Assembly: GCA_963711525.1 (NCBI GenBank)
Contig: CAVQEO010000046.1
Span: forward strand, 316,500-380,499
Direction of reading: 5' to 3'
DNA: 64,000 nt
Source of the DNA: an uncultured Acidobacteriaceae bacterium
Lineage (GTDB): Bacteria; Acidobacteriota; Terriglobia; Terriglobales; Acidobacteriaceae
Shown here: positions 44,649 through 53,452 of the stretch, piece after piece
Layout: every line of letters begins with the position of its first letter
How positions within the stretch are numbered: position 1 is the first letter of the stretch
Position numbers and translations under genes: made by a program
The notes under the pieces: generated by a model
Told to the model about the DNA's origin: nothing
The model's input: only the letters and a program-made list of their open reading frames with translations
The model's database searches: none

Positions 44649-46328
44649 ATGAAGATTCCCTTTGCGCAATATAAGCGGGCCCTCGCCTATGTCACTCCTT
44701 ATTGGCGCGGGCTGCTTGCGGTTATGCTGCTGGGGCTGTTTTCAACAGCCGTTGGCCTGGTGCAGCCGTATATATCGCGCCTGTTGATAGATGATGCGCT
44801 GCTGCGGCGCAACCTGCATGCGCTCACCATGATTGCGATCGCGATGGTGGTCGTGACCATCGTCGGATTCGTCCTCAACATTGCTTCCAGTTATTACTAC
44901 GTACGGCTTTCGGCCGAAAGCCTCTTCGATATGCGGCTAGCGGTGTATCGCCACCTGCAGCAGCTCTCGCCGCGTTATTTCACGCAGAAGAAGCTGGGCG
45001 ATATCGTTTCCCGGATTAACAACGATATCGGCGAAGTGCAGCGGGTGTGCTCGGATACGCTGTTGTCGGTCCTCTCCAACCTGCTATTTCTGGTGGGTAG
45101 TATTGCGATCATGTCCTGGCTCAACTGGCGCCTTATGCTGGCCAGTATTGCCCTGCTTCCGGTGGGCATTTTTGCTTTGCGGCATTACCAGGGACGATTG
45201 ACGGTGCAGACCGCGGACCTGCGCCAACGGAGTTCTGATCTGGGCAGCTTTCTCATCGAAAGCCTGTTGGGGATGCGGCTGATCGTCGCCTCGGCGACGG
45301 AGAACTTCGAGGCGGAGCGCTTTCGCGAATACAATTCCAGCTTTATCCGCTCTTTGCTTTCCATGCAGGTGCTGTCGTTTCTGGCCAGCGCCATGCCGAG
45401 CACGGTGCTCACGCTTTCCACGGCGATTGTCTTTCTCTACGGAGGCAAGCTGGTCATCGCGCAGCAACTGACCGTGGGTGGCTTGGTCGCTTTCATGGCC
45501 TACCATCTCAAGCTGCTCTCTCCGGTGCAGAACCTGCTGGGTATTTACACCAACCTGCTCACCGGCGGGGTCTCCCTGGGGCGCGTCTTCGAAGTCATGG
45601 ATGTGCCAGTGGAGGTAAAGGAGGTTGCGCATCCCGTCACGTTGCCTTGTGTGCGACATGCGATCACGTTTGAGAAGGTCCGCTTTCAATACGGTCACGA
45701 TGTCCCAGTGCTACGCGATGTCTCCTTCACGATTCCCGCCGGCGAGATGTGCGCCGTCGTCGGGGCCAGCGGGGCAGGCAAGTCGACCCTGGCAGATTTG
45801 CTGCTGCGTTTCCACGACGTCGACTCCGGCTCGATCGCCATCGATGGCCAGGATATTCGCGAGCTGCGCCTGGAGGATTTGCGGCGGCAGGTCGCCATGG
45901 TAGAGCAAACACCATATTTCTTCCGCGCCAGCATTCGCGAGAACATCGCTTATGGGCGGCCGGAGGCGACACTGGAGGAGATTCGCAACTGTGCCGCGGC
46001 TGCGGCGATCGATAGCTTCATTCAGTCCCTGCCGAACGGCTACGAGACCATTCTCGGCGAGCGCGGACTCACGCTCTCGGTCGGCGAGCGGCAAAGAATT
46101 GCTCTGGCGCGTGCGTTGCTGCGCGATCCCAGAATTCTGATTTTGGACGAACCCACTTCCGCGCTCGATCCTGCTTCAGAGGCCGCGGTCACCGGTGAAC
46201 TGATGAACGTCTTGCGCGGGCGCACATCGATCCTGATCACCCATCGCATGTCCCTGGCCGAATTGGCAGACATGGTGGTCGTCATCGAGGACGGGTGTGT
46301 GTTTGAATCGACGCAGGTAACCGCATGA
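44649..46328 (+). CDS. qhpF: ABC exporter (fused permease-ATPase), QhpF-like
   Basis: 559 aa with a six-helix TMD, Walker A GASGAGKST and signature LSVGERQR. Confidence 0.8.
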   Translation: MKIPFAQYKRALAYVTPYWRGLLAVMLLGLFSTAVGLVQPYISRLLIDDALLRRNLHALTMIAIAMVVVTIVGFVLNIASSYYYVRLSAESLFDMRLAVYRHLQQLSPRYFTQKKLGDIVSRINNDIGEVQRVCSDTLLSVLSNLLFLVGSIAIMSWLNWRLMLASIALLPVGIFALRHYQGRLTVQTADLRQRSSDLGSFLIESLLGMRLIVASATENFEAERFREYNSSFIRSLLSMQVLSFLASAMPSTVLTLSTAIVFLYGGKLVIAQQLTVGGLVAFMAYHLKLLSPVQNLLGIYTNLLTGGVSLGRVFEVMDVPVEVKEVAHPVTLPCVRHAITFEKVRFQYGHDVPVLRDVSFTIPAGEMCAVVGASGAGKSTLADLLLRFHDVDSGSIAIDGQDIRELRLEDLRRQVAMVEQTPYFFRASIRENIAYGRPEATLEEIRNCAAAAAIDSFIQSLPNGYETILGERGLTLSVGERQRIALARALLRDPRILILDEPTSALDPASEAAVTGELMNVLRGRTSILITHRMSLAELADMVVVIEDGCVFESTQVTA

Positions 46329-46993
46329 GCCGGCCGGTGCGCATCGGCGTTTTGGACACTGGGGTATGCCCCACGCATCCGCATGTGGGAAAGATCGTCG
46401 ATGGCGTCACGATCACAGTGGACGGCGCCATCGGGGGCTATGACGATACCCTCGGTCACGGGACTGCCGTTGCCGCAGTGATCCATCATCTGAATCCCGA
46501 AGCGGATCTGGTTGCGGTCAAGATTTTCGACCGTAAGCTGGCTACCAGCCTGCCGGTTGTGATCCGGGCCATCGACTGGTGCCTGGAGCATGACATCCAG
46601 GTGATTAATCTCAGCCTGGGAACCCTCAACCCGGAGCATCGAAGCGCCTTTGAAGAGGTAGTCGCCAGAGCGCAGGCAGCCAGGGCGTTGATCGTTTCCG
46701 CGTTAGAGATGAATGGCGCCGCGGCGCTGCCAGGGTCGTTGGCAGGAGTCATTGGCGTGGTGGAAACAGATCCCTCGGATGGGGTTGAATATCGCGCCTA
46801 CCAGCGCTATGGAAAGCTCGTCTACACGGCCCCGCCCTTTCCCCGCGACATTCCAGGGGTGCCCCGCGAGTACAACCTTAAGGGTGTGAGCTTCGCGGTT
46901 GCTCGCGTGTCGGCAAGGCTAGCCGGCGGCCATCTCAGCCGCGAGCGCGCTTCAGAATTCGATTCTTCCCTGAAACGCGATCATGCGCGGTGA
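46325..46993 (+). CDS. qhpE: subtilisin-like (S8) serine peptidase, QhpE-like leader peptidase
   Basis: 222 aa with GVLDTGV (Asp), GHGTAVAAV (His) and GVSFAVARVSA (Ser) triad contexts. It overlaps the qhpF stop. Confidence 0.75.
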   Translation: MSRPVRIGVLDTGVCPTHPHVGKIVDGVTITVDGAIGGYDDTLGHGTAVAAVIHHLNPEADLVAVKIFDRKLATSLPVVIRAIDWCLEHDIQVINLSLGTLNPEHRSAFEEVVARAQAARALIVSALEMNGAAALPGSLAGVIGVVETDPSDGVEYRAYQRYGKLVYTAPPFPRDIPGVPREYNLKGVSFAVARVSARLAGGHLSRERASEFDSSLKRDHAR

Positions 46994-49900
46994 GCTGTCG
47001 CCGCCCAATCCCACGCCCAGCAATCCCGTAGGAGGCGAAATGGTGCTGGTCAACGCGCCAAAGCCGGTTTGCGTGGCCGGCTTGCCCGGAGTACCGGCTT
47101 GATTGCTGGGCAGAGCAAAGTTGGGGTGGTTGAAGAGATTGAAGAATTGGGTATCGAAGCGGAAGCTGACGTGTTCTGTGATCTTGATTTTTTTGGTCAG
47201 GTAAAGTTCGAAGTAAGTGAAATGCGGTCCGCGAACGTTATTGCGGCCTGAGTTTCCAAATTGGCAGTTGACGGTCGAATCGCCACCGCCACAAGCGCCG
47301 GTGCTGGGATCGACAACGGAAACAAAGGCGTCCGGGTTGAGCCACTGAAGGCTGCCACTCTGTGTCACCCCAGAGACGGGAGACTTGCGATAGAGCGGAA
47401 CGCCGGGCACGCGGTTAGCGTATTGCGGCCCACTGCCCTGAAAAACTCCTTCGTTGTTCGCCGTGTAGGGTGCGCTGACCACGCTGAATGGCAGACCGCT
47501 GTGCAGGAATGCAGTCTGCGACACCTGCCAGCCGCTGAGCATGTACCTCAACACGGTGTGGCTGGAATGAAACGGAATCTCATAAATGCCGAAGGCAGAG
47601 ATGTTGTGGCGTACATCGTAGTCGCAGTTGCCGTATTCCTTACGCAAGTCGCCTGGCAGCGGATAGAGAATGCCGAGACTGGAGAAGGGAAGCAGACCGC
47701 CATTCGATACTTCGTCGAGACAATGGCTGTAGGTGTAGTTTCCACGCAGCGTCAGGCCACCAAATTGCTTGGTTGCGCTGGTTTGCAGGCCGGTATAGTG
47801 GCTGCCCGCACCGGTGCGGAATTCATTCACGCTGCCGAAGCGCTGATCGGGCGGTTGCTTATAAGCAAAGGGTGCGAAGCATCCATCGCACACCGTCTGA
47901 TATCCATTCAGCTGCACCTGGTACGGCTCATGCACGGCGCGCGTGCCAACATAGTCGATGCGCAACGCGCCGCGCGCTCCTAACTCGCGCTCGAAGCCCA
48001 GGCTCCATTGCAGAAAGTATGGCGTCCTCAGCGTGCCGCTGGGGAAGGTGTTCATGCCCACCGCCAGCGGACAGGTAGGAGCGCCCGCAGTCAGGCCGAT
48101 ACAGGGGGCACTCCCCGAACGAAAGACCGTCTGGAAGGATTGGTTGGCCTGCGCGGTCGCATCGACTGCGCTGTTGCCCACTCCCGGTGCGATGCCGATG
48201 CCGCCAACCTGTCCGTTGATTCCGCCGACGAACACCGGTGCATACGGGGCGTTGGCCGCACCCAGGTCAGCAATCTGCGCCGGGATGATGTCGTTGAAGA
48301 CGCCGCCGCCTGCGTGAACCGCCAACTTACTAGACAGCCGAAAGGCGGCCGAAGCACGCGGCTGCCAGCTAAAAAGCGGAGTGCCGGGGAACAGATTGCG
48401 GACGTTGGTCTGAATCACCTGGTTCAAAGGCTGAGTCACATCGTGGCTCATGTTAAGGAACGATCCCGCCGGCCGCGCGAACAGGCCGTGCTGGTTGACC
48501 GGATTAGTATTCCAGGTCACGCGCAGTCCCACCGTCAGGGTCCATCTCTGGCTGGCCTTGAAGGTGTCCATGGCGTACATGTCGAGATTGCCCAGGGTGA
48601 TGCGCTCCTTCTGCGTAACCGGAAAGGCTGCCGTCGCTGTGGAGGCAGCACCGTAAGTGAACTGCGCGAGATCGTTGTAGGTTACGCTGGGCACGACACC
48701 TTCACCGAGATCGTAATCGCTCACGTCCAATCTGCGGGAGTTCTCTCCGAACTTGAAGCTATGTCGTCCGCGAGTCCATATGAGATTGTCGTTGATCTGC
48801 CACTGGGTAACTTTGCGGCCCTGGGTATAGGTCTCGTCGTTGCCGCCAAGGGTGGTAAACGGTGCATTCGAACTGCCTCCGGCCAGCACAATGGGGAAGA
48901 TCTGCAGCACCTGCGCGTAGTTGTTGGGCAGAAACAGGCTCGAATACCAGCTGACGCCGGGGTTCCATTGATTGACCAGAGTGGGCGTAAAGAGGTGCGT
49001 GTAGCCGAGCACAAAGGTTCTTTGCGGCTGCGGCGAGTATGAGTTGAACATTGGATTGATGCCGTCGGTATAGGCGGCCTGCAGGCCCGTGTCCTGCTGG
49101 AACCGGTACCACACGCTGTTGTTCGGGTTGAGAGTGTGGTCAACCTTGACGACGATGAGGTTCTCGCTGTCGCTATTGTTCAGCGACTGAGTCCGTTTGT
49201 TCGCGCACCCCGCGCCGTTCAGCAAGTTGGTTGAGTTCTCTGTACCGGGTAGCAACACTCCGTTATCGTCCAGGGGACAAGTGAGCACGGGCGTTGGTGT
49301 GCCTGCGGTGTTGTTGTAGAGCTCGAACATCTTCTGGTAGAACGCTACTTCCTGCGGCTGCGCCGGCAGCGTGGTCCCATTGATTGGGTCGGTCCCGCCC
49401 TGCGGCAATTGCTGCAACACATATTGCTGATAGGCAGGCGACGGCACGATGGTGCGAGCGAGCAACGGCAGGGCAATGCGGATGCCTTCGTAGTGGCCGA
49501 AGAAGAAGAGTTTGTCCTTCACGATGGGTCCGCCCACGCTTACCCCGAATTCGTTCACGGTCGACCGCGGCTTCCGGGCAATGTTTCCCGGAGTATCGTT
49601 GGCATGAAGAAAGTAGTCGGTGGCGTTGAGCAGGGAACCGTTCCATATCTCGTACAGGTCTCCATGGAATTGGTTGGATCCCGATTTGGTGAAGTAGTTG
49701 ACCTGAGATGCACCGTAGCGGCCCTGATCGACCGCATAGGAGTTGGTGTTCACGGTCGCTTCTTGCAACGCGTCCAGGCCAATGACCAGGTTGGTGGAAA
49801 GGCCGATATTCAATCCAAGGAAAGGATCGTTGGCGTCGAAACCGTCGAGGATGTAGCCATTTGAGGTGGCAGGCAGCCCATTGAACTCGACGTTGCCGTA

Positions 49901-50443
49901 GCCGCCGGCGGCCTTGGCATCGTTGGATGATCCCGCCGTATTCATCAAAGCGCCCTGCGCGAACTGCGCGATATAGGTAAGGTCCTGCCCCGGATTGGGC
50001 AAGCTCTTGATGGTCTTCGCGCCCAGGGTGGTCGAAGTATTCGGATTCTCAAGGCTCATCAATCCAGATTGCGCCGTCACTTCGACCGACTGGGAGGTTG
50101 CCGCGGGAGACAAAGTGAAATTGACCAGTGCGGTTTGTCCCACAGAAACAATCGTGGGTAGCGACTGTCCGAGGCCGAATCCCTTGGCATGAACTTCCAT
50201 CCGGTAGGTCCCCGGGTTTACTTGTGAGAAGAGGAAGCGTCCCTCCGGGTTCGTCTGGACGACGCGGACGGAACCAGTGTTTACATCAGTGGCCTTAACC
50301 TGGGCGTCGGGAATCACCGCGCCGCTGGGGTCGAGCACGCTCCCGGCGAGGGCACTGCTGGTTCCGCTCTGCGCCCAGGCATTAACCATGGTTAACATCA
50401 GCAAAAAGGCTAAGGCCGGCCTGGCGATTTTGCTGAGCATCAT
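46952..50443 (-). CDS. TonB-dependent receptor with N-terminal CarboxypepD_reg domain
   Basis: 1163 aa with a signal peptide, the SALAGSVLDPSGAVIPDAQVKATD...GTYRMEV carboxypeptidase-regulatory-like fold, a beta-barrel body and a terminal aromatic residue (F). Confidence 0.85.
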   Translation of the reverse strand: MMLSKIARPALAFLLMLTMVNAWAQSGTSSALAGSVLDPSGAVIPDAQVKATDVNTGSVRVVQTNPEGRFLFSQVNPGTYRMEVHAKGFGLGQSLPTIVSVGQTALVNFTLSPAATSQSVEVTAQSGLMSLENPNTSTTLGAKTIKSLPNPGQDLTYIAQFAQGALMNTAGSSNDAKAAGGYGNVEFNGLPATSNGYILDGFDANDPFLGLNIGLSTNLVIGLDALQEATVNTNSYAVDQGRYGASQVNYFTKSGSNQFHGDLYEIWNGSLLNATDYFLHANDTPGNIARKPRSTVNEFGVSVGGPIVKDKLFFFGHYEGIRIALPLLARTIVPSPAYQQYVLQQLPQGGTDPINGTTLPAQPQEVAFYQKMFELYNNTAGTPTPVLTCPLDDNGVLLPGTENSTNLLNGAGCANKRTQSLNNSDSENLIVVKVDHTLNPNNSVWYRFQQDTGLQAAYTDGINPMFNSYSPQPQRTFVLGYTHLFTPTLVNQWNPGVSWYSSLFLPNNYAQVLQIFPIVLAGGSSNAPFTTLGGNDETYTQGRKVTQWQINDNLIWTRGRHSFKFGENSRRLDVSDYDLGEGVVPSVTYNDLAQFTYGAASTATAAFPVTQKERITLGNLDMYAMDTFKASQRWTLTVGLRVTWNTNPVNQHGLFARPAGSFLNMSHDVTQPLNQVIQTNVRNLFPGTPLFSWQPRASAAFRLSSKLAVHAGGGVFNDIIPAQIADLGAANAPYAPVFVGGINGQVGGIGIAPGVGNSAVDATAQANQSFQTVFRSGSAPCIGLTAGAPTCPLAVGMNTFPSGTLRTPYFLQWSLGFERELGARGALRIDYVGTRAVHEPYQVQLNGYQTVCDGCFAPFAYKQPPDQRFGSVNEFRTGAGSHYTGLQTSATKQFGGLTLRGNYTYSHCLDEVSNGGLLPFSSLGILYPLPGDLRKEYGNCDYDVRHNISAFGIYEIPFHSSHTVLRYMLSGWQVSQTAFLHSGLPFSVVSAPYTANNEGVFQGSGPQYANRVPGVPLYRKSPVSGVTQSGSLQWLNPDAFVSVVDPSTGACGGGDSTVNCQFGNSGRNNVRGPHFTYFELYLTKKIKITEHVSFRFDTQFFNLFNHPNFALPSNQAGTPGKPATQTGFGALTSTISPPTGLLGVGLGGDSSPRMIAFQGRIEF

Positions 50444-50486
50444 GAGGGGTTCTCCAGTCTGCCGCGGCGGGAAGGCTCGGCCTCGA

Positions 50487-50520
50487 TTTAGGCTAGCCTA
50501 AATATTAGGTACGCCTAAAA
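50487..50520. promoter_or_regulatory. tandem DtxR/IdeR-type operator
   Basis: TTTAGGCTAGCCTAAA (perfect 16-bp palindrome, 50487-50502) is followed by TTAGGTACGCCTAA (50505-50518). These TTAGG/CCTAA units resemble the DtxR/IdeR box TTAGGTTAGCCTAACCTAA. The site lies between the divergent receptor and DtxR-family genes. Confidence 0.6.
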
Positions 50521-50556
50521 TAGATTCGTGTCAAATTAAGGACTGGAGGTTGAGCC

Positions 50557-51279
50557 ATGGCGGCGCGCCATCAACCGAACCCGAACAGTGAATCTGTGGA
50601 CAATTACCTCAAGGCCATTCTGCTTCTGGGCGGACCTGAAGAGAACAGGGTGGCCAGCAATGCTCTGGCGCGCAGGCTGGCCGTCGCCCCGGCCTCGGTG
50701 ACGAATATGCTGCAAAAGCTGGCCATGGGCTCACCTCCACTCGTCGAATACGAGCGGCATCGCGGTGTTCTGTTATCCTCCGCGGGGAGGAAGCGCGCGG
50801 TGGAAGTGGTGCGGCACCACCGGCTCATCGAGACTTTTCTTTATGAAGTGCTCGACTACCCCATCGACGAGGTGCATGAAGAGGCGGAGCGCCTGGAACA
50901 TTTCATCTCCGAGCGATTTGAAGAGCGCATCGCCGCTAAGCTGGGGCACCCGAAAATTGATCCCCATGGACATTGCATTCCGGAAATGGACGGCGCGATG
51001 CCGCGACAGAACTCGATCCAACTGACAGATGCAGTGCCGGAAGGGATCTATGTTGTGGACAGTGTGTCCGACCGCAATGCCCGTACCTTGAGACTGCTGA
51101 AGGATAACGGCATCGCCCCTGGGGTGAAGCTCCGCTTGAGGGAGAGCCCCTCGATCAGCCCCTCGATCAGGGGCTACGCGGTCTCCGTCGGCCGTTCTTC
51201 CAGAATTTTGAATCTGCAGGAAGACGCCGCCGACAGCATTCGGGTGTGCGTCCCGGTGTGCGTCCTGGGTAAACTATGA
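50557..51279 (+). CDS. DtxR/IdeR/MntR family metal-dependent transcriptional regulator
   Basis: 240 aa with an N-terminal wHTH (ARRLAVAPASVTNMLQKL), a metal-binding/dimerisation region and a C-terminal FeoA/SH3-like domain. Confidence 0.9.
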   Translation: MAARHQPNPNSESVDNYLKAILLLGGPEENRVASNALARRLAVAPASVTNMLQKLAMGSPPLVEYERHRGVLLSSAGRKRAVEVVRHHRLIETFLYEVLDYPIDEVHEEAERLEHFISERFEERIAAKLGHPKIDPHGHCIPEMDGAMPRQNSIQLTDAVPEGIYVVDSVSDRNARTLRLLKDNGIAPGVKLRLRESPSISPSIRGYAVSVGRSSRILNLQEDAADSIRVCVPVCVLGKL

Positions 51280-51938
51280 CCCTTCGCCTCAAGTTGCTTG
51301 CGACTCTTTTCGCTGTTGTCATTTTGTCGGTGCCAGATCTTCCGGCGCAGACTCCAGCTCCGCCATCGCACCCCACCAGCACACCCTACGCAGGCGACCT
51401 TAGCATCTTTGAGGAGCCTGGCCGTGACAAGCGGCTCCAGATCGATCGCGTCATGGACCTGCTGCAGCTAAAGCCTGGGAGCACCATCGCCGACATCGGC
51501 GCCGGGGGCGGCTGGTTCAGCGTGCGCGCCGCCCGCCGCGTCGGGGTCCATGGCCGCGTGATCGCGGAGGACATCAACCCCAAAGCCGTCACTTACATTC
51601 AGCAGCGCGCCCAGCGGGAGCACCTGGCGAATATCGTTCCTGTGCTCGGCACACCCGACGACCCGAAGCTCGCGCCCAACTCCCTCGATGCCGCTCTGAT
51701 GCTGAAGGTCTACCACGAGATCGCTCACCCCCCGCTCGTCCTGGCCAACCTGCGTGCGGCGCTCAAGCCCGGCGCCCGCTTCGGCATCATCGATCGCAAC
51801 GGCAACGGCGCGGACCATGGCCTCAAAGAGTCAATCGTCCGCGATGAGGTCGAGCACGCAGGCTTCCGCCAGATCGCCCGCTACGATTTCACCAAAGCCG
51901 ATGGTCAGGATTACTTCCTCATCTTCGTGAAGCGATAA
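51276..51938 (+). CDS. class I SAM-dependent methyltransferase with N-terminal signal/anchor
   Basis: Motif I IADIGAGGGWF, a hydrophobic N terminus (LLATLFAVVILSV), and a start overlapping the regulator stop (ATGA). Confidence 0.8.
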   Translation: MTLRLKLLATLFAVVILSVPDLPAQTPAPPSHPTSTPYAGDLSIFEEPGRDKRLQIDRVMDLLQLKPGSTIADIGAGGGWFSVRAARRVGVHGRVIAEDINPKAVTYIQQRAQREHLANIVPVLGTPDDPKLAPNSLDAALMLKVYHEIAHPPLVLANLRAALKPGARFGIIDRNGNGADHGLKESIVRDEVEHAGFRQIARYDFTKADGQDYFLIFVKR

Positions 51939-52607
51939 TCAGGCCGCCGCGTCTTGGGCAAATGAGCGAAACGCTTCGACCACTATCTTCGGCAACTGAT
52001 CACGATTTTGCTTGGTGAGGAGTTCGTGCCCGGCGCCAGTGACGGGAAGCAGTTGGTTGGCCGCCGGGATGAGCTGCAATGCCGCGGTCATTTCATCGAT
52101 GGAACCGAAGCCGTCCCGCGTGCCGTGAACGAACAGCGCCGGGACCTGAAGGCGAGCCCAGTGCCCGGTCCGCAACTCACCGGGCCGCTGCGGCGGATGC
52201 AGGGGGTAGGAGAGCAGCAACAGCCGATCGACTAGCCGGGGTTCATCTGCGGCCAGCATCGACGCCTGCCTGCCTCCGTAGGAATGACCGCCCAGGAAGA
52301 CACGGCCCGAAGTCCGTCGCCGCATGGAGGCAACTGCCGCTCGAAGCCCCTGTTGGTCACGTTCTGCACTGCCGCGCGGCGGCCCATGCGGCCGCAATTG
52401 GCGAAACGCGAGGTCGCAGCGGAGGATGGTCCAGCCCGCGGCGCAGAATGCGTCCGACAGCGCCACAAGGAGCGGAGAGTTGCAGTTAGACCCCGCACCG
52501 TGCGTCAACACGAGGCAATCTCTGTCTGAATCCAGGGGGCCATGAACGAACCCGCGAACCGGAGGTTCATTCGGCGAATCGTCGCGAAACTGCTGGTAGC
52601 CGGTCAT
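51939..52607 (-). CDS. alpha/beta hydrolase (dienelactone hydrolase / KANL3-like)
   Basis: GGHSYGG nucleophile elbow. The ATG at 52607 (MTGYQQF) is preferred because it avoids overlapping the cupin gene. Confidence 0.75.
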   Translation of the reverse strand: MTGYQQFRDDSPNEPPVRGFVHGPLDSDRDCLVLTHGAGSNCNSPLLVALSDAFCAAGWTILRCDLAFRQLRPHGPPRGSAERDQQGLRAAVASMRRRTSGRVFLGGHSYGGRQASMLAADEPRLVDRLLLLSYPLHPPQRPGELRTGHWARLQVPALFVHGTRDGFGSIDEMTAALQLIPAANQLLPVTGAGHELLTKQNRDQLPKIVVEAFRSFAQDAAA

Positions 52608-52614
52608 TTCTCCG

Positions 52615-52983
52615 CTATAGCCAGACGTCGTTTGGAGCCGTCCTCTCTCCCCCGTTGCTACCGGTGTTCGGCGTTCCACGAGGCTCGACCAGGAGCACCT
52701 TGGTCTCTATCATCGCAAACGGCTTGTGCTCTACCCCTCTAGGAACGACAAACATCTCTCCCGGTCGCAAATCTACCGCGCCATCCCTGAAGTCGATCCT
52801 CAAATGACCGTCGAGAACGATGAAGGTCTCGTCGGTCTCCGGGTGATGGTGCCATACGAAGTCTCCTTCCAGCCGAACGACCTTAAACTGATAGTCATTC
52901 ATCTCGGCGATCACTCGCGGGGACCATTGCTCTGAGAGGCGTTGGAACTTGTTCTCGAAATTAATTGCACGGTACGGTTTCAT
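52615..52983 (-). CDS. cupin domain protein
   Basis: WHHHPETDETFIVLDG...PRGVEHKP cupin motifs. The ATG at 52983 is preceded by GGAGAG. Confidence 0.75.
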   Translation of the reverse strand: MKPYRAINFENKFQRLSEQWSPRVIAEMNDYQFKVVRLEGDFVWHHHPETDETFIVLDGHLRIDFRDGAVDLRPGEMFVVPRGVEHKPFAMIETKVLLVEPRGTPNTGSNGGERTAPNDVWL

Positions 52984-53278
52984 ATGGCTCTCCATCATCA
53001 GACGCACCGCGGATTTGTAAGATGTACGTCCAGAATAACCATCCTATGACGGTCTGACGAAACTTGACGGGAGAATCGTTTTCCTGAGTGGGGAGGGGTT
53101 CGATGGCGAGGGGAGCGGATAGTATGGCGCCGCGCCGCCTTAGTACGCGATCAGGTCGGTTTTCGCACCGCCCGTGCGCTCAGGTAACTTGCTCAAGGTG
53201 CTCTTGAATCCCGAGGCAATTACAGTCGACCAGGAATTGACAACAGTGCACATTTTACTGGAATACCACTTGTACTTG

Positions 53279-53290
53279 GTGGACGTCCAC
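53279..53290. promoter_or_regulatory. candidate operator palindrome GTGGACGTCCAC
   Basis: Perfect 12-bp palindrome flanked by direct repeats CCACTTGTA (53266-53274 and 53287-53295), in the 445-bp divergent region upstream of the dehydratase gene. Confidence 0.35.
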
Positions 53291-53452
53291 TTGTATTTTA
53301 GATGAGACAACTCTGAATTACCGCTTAGCGGTCTATAATCCCGCAACGAAGCTTCTGTGCAAGGAAGGCTTCTCGCAATTGAGCGAACCAGCCGAGGCCT
53401 CAGCGCAAATCGGAGTGAATGTTTGTCTTGCGGGAGATTGAGGGTCATCGGG

